From the IMG/VR virus record IMGVR_UViG_2529293223_000007: 6,538 nt of DNA, one strand, 5' to 3'. This DNA comes from a virus (taxonomy: Duplodnaviria; Heunggongvirae; Uroviricota; Caudoviricetes). Each line of letters opens with the position of its first letter. Position 1 is the first letter of the stretch. The position numbers and the translations under genes are program-made. The notes under the pieces were generated by a model. That model was not told the DNA's origin. It ran no database searches and saw nothing but the letters and a program-made list of their open reading frames with translations. Below, in pieces: positions 1 to 6,538 of this stretch.

Positions 1-316
1 TATAATAAACTTACTTTTTTATCATTTTTCCACTTTAACAACATTTTGCTCCACTTTTCCACGACCAAACAACTTGAAATCTGGTTAAAATAACACGCAA
101 CACTATTCTTCTTCCTTGAGTCCGCCCGGAACTCGAAAAACAAACCGAGTTAAAGCCATTTTTCACAAAATCGATTTTGGGTCTCACCAAAATTACGGGG
201 TTGCATACGCATTCGTTTATTTTCGAACGTGTACATACAAATATGCACAAAAATAATCATAATTATTGTCTGAGATGCATTATGATATGAACACCAATTT
301 CGTATAGAGTCTCACT

Positions 317-907
317 ATGTCTCGAATTTTTGCTTACTGTCGGATATCAACGCTGGATCAGACCACCGAAAATCAACGCCGGGAAATCGAAAGTGCAGGT
401 TTTAAAATCAAACCTCAGCAAATAATCGAAGAACACATTAGCGGCTCAGCAGCAACCAGTGAGCGTCCTGGTTTTAACCGGTTGCTTGCTCGCCTGAAAT
501 GTGGTGATCAATTGATTGTGACAAAACTGGATCGCCTTGGTTGTAATGCAATGGATATCAGGAAAACAGTGGAACAACTGACTGAAACAGGTATCAGAGT
601 GCATTGCTTAGCATTGGGGGGCATTGACCTGACCAGTCCAACAGGAAAAATGATGATGCAAGTAATTTCAGCAGTCGCTGAATTTGAACGAGACCTTTTA
701 CTTGAACGCACTCATTCCGGGATAGTAAGAGCCCGCGGCGCAGGGAAACGTTTTGGTCGACCACCTGTGTTAAATGAAGAACAGAAACAGGTGGTATTCG
801 AACGAATTAAGTCAGGTGTAAGTATAAGTGCCATTGCCCGGGAATTCAAAACCTCGCGGCAAACCATTTTAAGAGCCAAAGCAAAACTTCAGACACCTGA
901 CATATAA
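317..907 (+). CDS. pin: Serine recombinase, DNA-invertase family (Pin/Hin/Gin/Cin-like), 196 aa
   Basis: ATG at 317, TAA at 905-907. N-terminal catalytic motif Y-C-R-I-S-T-L-D-Q (Y-x-R-V/I-S-T-x-x-Q, presumptive nucleophile Ser11), D-R-L-G box (DRLGC), E-R-x-x-x-E-R-T motif ([10 protein letters not shown]) and a C-terminal helix-turn-helix ([19 protein letters not shown]). Size and motif order are typical of small serine invertases/resolvases. From memory it closely resembles the PinR/PinQ proteins of E. coli cryptic prophages, hence the family-level symbol only. Weak AGAG Shine-Dalgarno about 10 nt upstream. Confidence 0.9.
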
Positions 908-1004
908 AAAATAATCTCGGTGTGAGATGCTTTACGTCTTCCAAGCCCCCTTCCTTGCCGTAAATGGAAAGATACATCTAATTATAGAATTTATATGTTT
1001 TACC

Positions 1005-1579
1005 CTACGGCAGTGCTGGCCATTCAATATCCTGTGCAGTTGACGTATCAACACGGTTCAGCAATACCCGATACTTTTTCCATGCTTCCAGCAACGAGAT
1101 TTCTTCCTCCGTTGCAATTTCCAGATCTGCAGCATCCTGAAGCGGCGCAATATGCTCACTGGCTACCTGCATCAGGTTGTTTTTTGTTTCTTCCGCCTCC
1201 CGGATCCGGAACAGTTTTTCTGCTTCCGTATCCTTCACCCAGGCTGTGCCGTTCCACTTCTGAAACTCCCCTTCCGGCGATAAGCAGGTAACATTTTCCG
1301 GTAACGGACCGAGTTCAGAAATAAATAACGCGTCCCCTGACGCCACGTCATAAACTGTTTTACCCCGATGATCTTCAACGAGATGCCACGATGACTCATC
1401 ACTGTTGAAAACAGCCACGAAGCCAGCCGGAATATCTGGCGGTGCAATATCGTACTGTTTGCTGGCAGACCTGTATGAGGCGGAATATATGCATCACCTT
1501 CACCAATAAATTCATTAGTTCCGGCCAGCAGATTATAAATTTTTATGGTCCGTGGTTGTTCACTCATTCTGAATGCCAT
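1005..1579 (-). pseudogene. tfa: Tail fiber assembly protein Tfa (lambda Tfa family), interrupted by a frameshift consistent with a 1-nt deletion near 1451
   Basis: Track ORF 1235..1579 begins [43 protein letters not shown] (lambda Tfa N-terminus) and then becomes nonsense. Track ORF 1005..1418, plus its open upstream extension in the same frame back to a stop at 1494-1496, reads ...[53 protein letters not shown]...EWPALP, which is the rest of Tfa. The frame switch lies between codon T43 (1451-1453) and the following D codon. The minus-strand sequence is ACGATATTG where I recall lambda having ACGGATATTG. The 'M' at 1418 is a GTG valine codon. Stop is TAG at 1005-1007. Confidence 0.8.
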
Positions 1580-4500
1580 TATGCAAGCCTCACAATATAG
1601 TTAAATGCGATGTTTTTGACGGTGTTTTCCGCGTTACCAGCAGCGTTAACGGTGATGGTGTGTCCATGTGAACCAATCGCAACGGAGTGCGTATGAGCAC
1701 CAATACCGACAGTATGCGCGTGTGCACCTGCAGATGCTGCTGTGCCGGACAGTGAGTGGCTATGATTACCATCTGTACTGGTATTAGCTAACCACCCCGT
1801 AGACATACCTGCTGAGCCTTGTACACCCCAGGTATTTTGACCTGAGCTTGTATAACCATATTGATAAGTATCTTTAAAAACACTGGGGTTAAATCGACGG
1901 CCATCTCTATGGCTGTGATTACCAGCTGCATTCGTGCTGCCACTTAAACTATGGGTATGCGCACCAGTGTTATTCGTGGATTTAGTGCCGTAATCAAACG
2001 ACGATGTGGTTTTCGTCCCCAAATCCGTACTGGATGCGCTGGCGCTGTGGGTATGCGATTTAATGCCGTCCTGTTCCTGAGACAATACGGCCCGACCACT
2101 GGCAGGTTTGCCCTTAATCGTCCAGCCACGCATATCAGGGATCACGCCTGACGGATAAGCCGCTGCAAGTTTCGGGTATGCAGATTTGTCAAAAGTCTGC
2201 CCCTGCATCAGGGCATAACCAGACGGAACGGTATCTGATGGCCACGGGATTGGTGCGCCGACTGGGTAGCTTTCTGGTGGAAGATTTTTCGAGGTATAAA
2301 CTTCTGCCCAGTCTTCCTCAAAACCATAACCGTCTCTTGAAGAACGGTAGAACAGACCACGATTTCTGTAATGCGCCTTCATCTGCAGGGTCCGGCAACT
2401 TCCGACTCCGGTATAGAAGTTAACCAGAATATAGCTGTCGCCAGAGCGGGTGACATTGTAAGCGCCTGATTCGGCATTCCAGGGAACGGCTCCATCCGAA
2501 TCCGCATAAGCCCCCGTCGAACGTCGGGCAAATGCACCAATATTTTCCGGCGTGAGGTTAATATCCGCCGAGCCATCAAACTTAACACCGTTAATTTTTG
2601 GGGCTGCCGCAAGTTTCGTCGCGGTATCGGCGTTCCCCTTCAGTGCCCCGGTGATCCCATCAGTAACAAACAACGGACCTGAAATAGTCCCTCCAGTCGT
2701 TGGCAGCGCTCCAATATCTGATGGTGTAGGTTTCTGATGTGAGCTATACATCGTATAAACAACACCATCGGTAACGCTGGAAGGCTTACTCGCTGAATAT
2801 GTTGGCGAGGTATAAATAGAAACTGACGCATTTGTAGTACAATCCCAATGGATATTTACACTCGTCGCATAATTGCCAATCTCAACGTAAATATCATATG
2901 TATCGCCGGATGTGTTGATCCAGGCGAAATTCGTTAATCCGACGGCTGTACGCTTCCACAAAGCTCCGGTAATCCCTTTGGGGTTTCCATTGCCTGCTCG
3001 TAGAACCAGTTCTGAAATGCCTGCCTGCTGTGGGGAGCCGACGTTGTAACCAGCGCCACCAATCAATGCGATGTAAACGATGGAACTCGCTTGTGGCATG
3101 GTAACCGTTGCCAGTTTGAACCACCCTGCCCCGCCAGAGAAAGAGATCGTTACTGAATTTAAAGTGCCAATATCTTTCGGTGTTAATGTTATATCCGCAG
3201 TCAGTGCTTTCCCGTTAACTTTTCGGTTAGATGGTACCCTGCCATTCGCATTGTCATTCGCTGCTTTCACTGCCTTCGGTGTCGCGGCAAGCGTTTCAGA
3301 TGTGCTGTTGGTTGCACTACTGAGCTGGACTATCCCCTTTTTCGTCGTGCTCGCATCCTCAAGCGCCACGGCGGATGCAATATCCTCTGCCCGTTTTGCC
3401 TCTGTCTCGGCGCGCGTTGCCGCGGTTTCTGCCGTACTTTTGCTCTGTGCTGCCGCCGTCGCACTGCCAGCTGCCTCTGTCGCCTTTGTGGATGCCGTCG
3501 TGGCGCTGCCCTTCGCTGCTGACGCCTGTCTGGTCGCCTCATCTTTTGAAGCAGACGCCGATGATGCCGATGACGCCGCCGAACTGGCGGATGATGCGGC
3601 GCTTTCTGCCGATTTTCCGGCGGCGGTGGCACTGGCTGAGGCCTGCCCGGCACTTGTTGACGCGGCACTGGCAGACGACGCAGCCGCTGTTTTTGAGCCT
3701 GCCGCAGCTGAGGCGCTCTGTCCCGCTGCCGTCTCAGAAGACTTAGCGTTCGTCTCGGACGTTTTTGCCGCCTTCGCGGAATTTCCTGCCGCCGTTGCCG
3801 AGGAAGCTGCGCTACTGGCGCTCGAGGATGCGTTCGTTTCTGATGATTTCGCTGCCTCTTTTGAGGCCGCCGCATCCCGGGCTGAGGTGGCAGCTTCTGA
3901 CGCTTTCGTAGTCGCGGTGGATGCAGAAGTGGCTGCTGATTGTTGTGACGCTGCGGCATTCGTTTCTGACGTTTTCGCCGCACCGGCACTGGTGGCCGCC
4001 GCACTTTTTGAGGACTCTGCAGCGGCAGCACTTTTTTCCGCTTCAGTGGCCTTTGTTGATGCCGTTCCTGCGCTGGAAGACGCTGACTGAGCCGACGAAG
4101 CGGCCTGTCCGGCTGACGTGCTGGCTGCGCGTGCTGAGCCTGCAGCATCAGTCGCATGGATTGCCGCCTCACGGGCAGATGTGCCGGCATTGCCGGCTGA
4201 CTTCTTCGCGGCTGCCGTGTTCTGTGCCACCGCGGACGCGTTACGCGCCACCTCTTCCACCATCAGTTCAAAACGGCGCAGAGCCTCCGGACGGGCATCA
4301 TCCTCCGTCATGGCACCAAGAAAATCATTCAGCGTACCGGGTCGGGAATCTTCATACACGGTGATGGTCCCGGCATGTGACGGCGGGAATCCTTCCACCA
4401 ACAGAATAACGCTGTACTGACCGTACTCAACGTCCATGCTGTAACGCCCGGCTTCATCCGGATTTTCTGAGGCCAGCGTGTTCACCACCACCGTGGTGCT

Positions 4501-4587
4501 GTTACGTTTTGCTTTCAGCTGGATTGTGCAGTTCTGTACCGGTTTTCCTGTGCCGTCTTTCAGTACACCTGAAATCTTTACTGCCAT
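1579..4587 (-). CDS. stf: Side tail fiber protein Stf, about 1002 aa
   Basis: The N-terminus [36 protein letters not shown]...[42 protein letters not shown] matches the lambda Stf N-terminal domain as I recall it. A long Ala/Ser/Thr-rich shaft follows, then a central region with a phage tail-fiber repeat motif ([20 protein letters not shown]), then a His-rich C-terminus ending [31 protein letters not shown] (lambda Stf / T4 gp37 tip type). I prefer the ATG at 4585-4587 as start; the track's MNM prefix begins at a GTG at 4591-4593. The ATG is preceded by GGGGTGAAT. The TAA stop (1579-1581) overlaps the tfa ATG (1577-1579) as TAATG. Confidence 0.93.
3330..4250 (-). repeat. Degenerate in-frame tandem repeat array encoding the Ala/Ser/Thr-rich shaft of Stf
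   Basis: Stf residues about 115-420 are low-complexity reiterations such as [53 protein letters not shown] and SETNASSS...[16 protein letters not shown]. The DNA is GC-rich and reiterated (gc[tc]gc[cg] runs), which produces long spurious ORFs in other frames on both strands (3080..4090 +, 3330..4190 -). Confidence 0.7.
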
Positions 4588-4603
4588 ATTCACCCCACAA
4601 ATA

Positions 4604-4625
4604 AGCCCGCCTTAACCGGCGGGCT
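4604..4625 (-). terminator. Putative intrinsic terminator / stem-loop between lom and stf
   Basis: Perfect 8-bp inverted repeat AGCCCGCC (4604-4611) / GGCGGGCT (4618-4625) with a 6-nt loop. On the transcribed (minus) strand the hairpin is followed by TATTTGTGGGG, an imperfect U-tract. It lies 10-50 nt downstream of the lom stop and immediately upstream of the stf ribosome-binding region. Confidence 0.45.
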
Positions 4626-4651
4626 GTCATAACACTGTGTTACCTGGCTAA

Positions 4652-5251
4652 TCAGAACTTATAACCGACACCCACGATGAAACCGTCAGTGCGCCAGTCG
4701 CCACTGCCGGAGCCTTCATAAGCAATATCAATGGCCACGGATTCGGTCGGGTTAAACTGCACGCCAGCTCCCCACGCCAGAGACGTGTTGCTGTGGCGAC
4801 CGTCATCACTTCCGGTCAGCACGTCGTGCGTTTTCCCCTTGTTGTCAGTTACGCGGAGATAATCTCCGGAGAAAGTCGACACACGGCTGTAAGCCACCCC
4901 CGCCATCGCATACGCGCTGAACCATTCATTCACGCGCACAGACGGCCCCGCCATTACGCTGAACCAGCGGTTACGAACGGAATCTTCATGCCAGCGGGTA
5001 TCGCTGTAATGGGTCAGCTGGCGATTCTTGTCTCCTGCATAGCTGAAAGACGTCACCATCCCCAGTGTGTCCGTAAACTCATAACGGTATTTCACGTTAA
5101 TCCCGTTCAGATCATCGCTGCCGGGAACGTTCGTCCGGGCATGAAGATACCCCGCGCTCAGCGTGGACTGATGTTCAGACGCCCATGCAGGCGCACCGGA
5201 TACGGCCAGACAAATGGCTGCGGACAAAATGGCGGCATAAAGTTTACGCAT
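4652..5251 (-). CDS. lom: Lom outer membrane protein (Ail/Lom/PagC family 8-stranded beta-barrel), 199 aa
   Basis: ATG at 5249-5251 with GAGAGG Shine-Dalgarno 6 nt upstream. N-terminal signal peptide MRKLYAAILSAAICLAVSGAPAWA. The internal GINVKYRYE and SVMAGP...SAYAMAGVA segments and the C-terminal IDIAYEGSGSGDWRTDGFIVGVGYKF (terminal Phe) match lambda Lom as I recall it. Position between J and stf is the same as in lambda. Confidence 0.95.
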   Translation of the reverse strand: MRKLYAAILSAAICLAVSGAPAWASEHQSTLSAGYLHARTNVPGSDDLNGINVKYRYEFTDTLGMVTSFSYAGDKNRQLTHYSDTRWHEDSVRNRWFSVMAGPSVRVNEWFSAYAMAGVAYSRVSTFSGDYLRVTDNKGKTHDVLTGSDDGRHSNTSLAWGAGVQFNPTESVAIDIAYEGSGSGDWRTDGFIVGVGYKF

Positions 5252-5272
5252 AATTACCTCTCGCTTTTCTGC

Positions 5273-5299
5273 AATAAAAAAGGCGTCATTTCTGACGCC
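5273..5299 (-). terminator. Rho-independent terminator downstream of J (tJ-like)
   Basis: Minus-strand transcript reads GGCGTCA-GAAA-TGACGCC followed by TTTTTTATT. This is a 7-bp GC-rich stem (5282-5288 / 5293-5299) with a 4-nt loop and a run of six T (plus-strand A-run 5276-5281), lying 19 nt after the J stop codon. Confidence 0.8.
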
Positions 5300-5317
5300 C
5301 GTTCTGGGTTATAAAAT

Positions 5318-6538
<1,221 letters not shown>

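Noticed and set aside
35-250. 71-aa minus-strand ORF in the AT-rich left end
   Set aside because: Begins at a TTG codon, is Cys/Val/Arg-rich nonsense-like sequence, and has no Shine-Dalgarno; treated as non-coding.
508-711. 67-aa minus-strand ORF inside pin (and 6096..6278 + inside J)
   Set aside because: Antisense shadows within well-supported genes.
256-936. Imperfect direct repeat flanking pin (about 258-282 versus 910-934, sharing AATAAT...TGAGATGC.TTA, roughly 18 of 25 positions)
   Set aside because: Short AT-rich matches of this quality are expected by chance in a 6.5-kb window with AT-rich intergenic DNA; insufficient to claim pin is a mobile cassette without comparative evidence.
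932-963. Possible bidirectional terminator between convergent pin and tfa (TTTACG...CGTAAA)
   Set aside because: Stem is only 6 bp, AT-rich, with a ~20-nt loop and no flanking U-tract; not a convincing intrinsic terminator.
995-1291. 98-aa plus-strand ORF overlapping tfa
   Set aside because: Antisense to the conserved C-terminal portion of tfa; Pro/Leu-rich sequence with no recognisable motifs.
1590-3124. Several 60-81-aa ORFs on both strands inside stf (1590..1772, 1944..2129, 1951..2151, 2178..2423, 2379..2612, 2552..2737, 2640..2831, 2894..3124)
   Set aside because: All are embedded in the stf coding region in other frames; none has recognisable motifs or start context.
3080-4090. 336-aa plus-strand ORF, extremely Ala/Val/Asp-rich
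   Set aside because: Antisense to the stf repeat shaft; the open frame is a by-product of GC-rich reiterated DNA lacking stop codons, with no start context and low-complexity composition.
3330-4190. 286-aa minus-strand ORF, Arg/Pro/Gln-rich (also 3375..3746 +, 3921..4364 +, 4118..4420 +)
   Set aside because: Alternative frames of the same stf repeat region. stf is supported in its own frame by recognisable conserved N- and C-terminal domains; these are not.
4585-4593. Track start codons rendered as 'M' at 4593 (stf), 1418 (tfa C-terminal fragment) and 6343 (J)
   Set aside because: These positions are GTG codons on the minus strand. For stf the ATG two codons downstream fits the conserved N-terminus better; for tfa and J the GTGs are internal valine codons of longer reading frames.
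4793-5314. 173-aa plus-strand ORF
   Set aside because: Antisense shadow of lom with Arg/His/Pro-rich composition and no ribosome-binding site; lom on the opposite strand is the well-supported gene.

Overview
This window reads as the distal tail / host-range module of a lambdoid (lambda/Rac-like) enterobacterial prophage. I did not find a convincing novel system; the most notable observations are a frameshifted tfa and an apparently orphan invertase. All genes except the invertase are on the minus strand, so in phage order (reading right to left in the window) they run: 3' end of the central tail fiber / host specificity gene J (5' end cut by the window edge), a tJ-like intrinsic terminator, the lom outer-membrane 'moron', a second hairpin, a long side tail fiber gene stf (about 1002 aa) with an Ala/Ser/Thr-rich repetitive shaft and a His-rich tip, and the tail fiber assembly gene tfa, whose stop/start overlaps stf (TAATG). 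tfa is broken by an apparent 1-nt deletion. Convergent to tfa on the plus strand is a 196-aa Pin/Hin/Gin-family serine recombinase, preceded by about 316 bp of AT-rich non-coding DNA. Protein identities were recognised by eye from the translations and recalled family sequences; no database search was run. Several long ORFs in the provided track are frame artefacts of the GC-rich stf repeats or antisense shadows, and several track 'M' starts are actually GTG codons.
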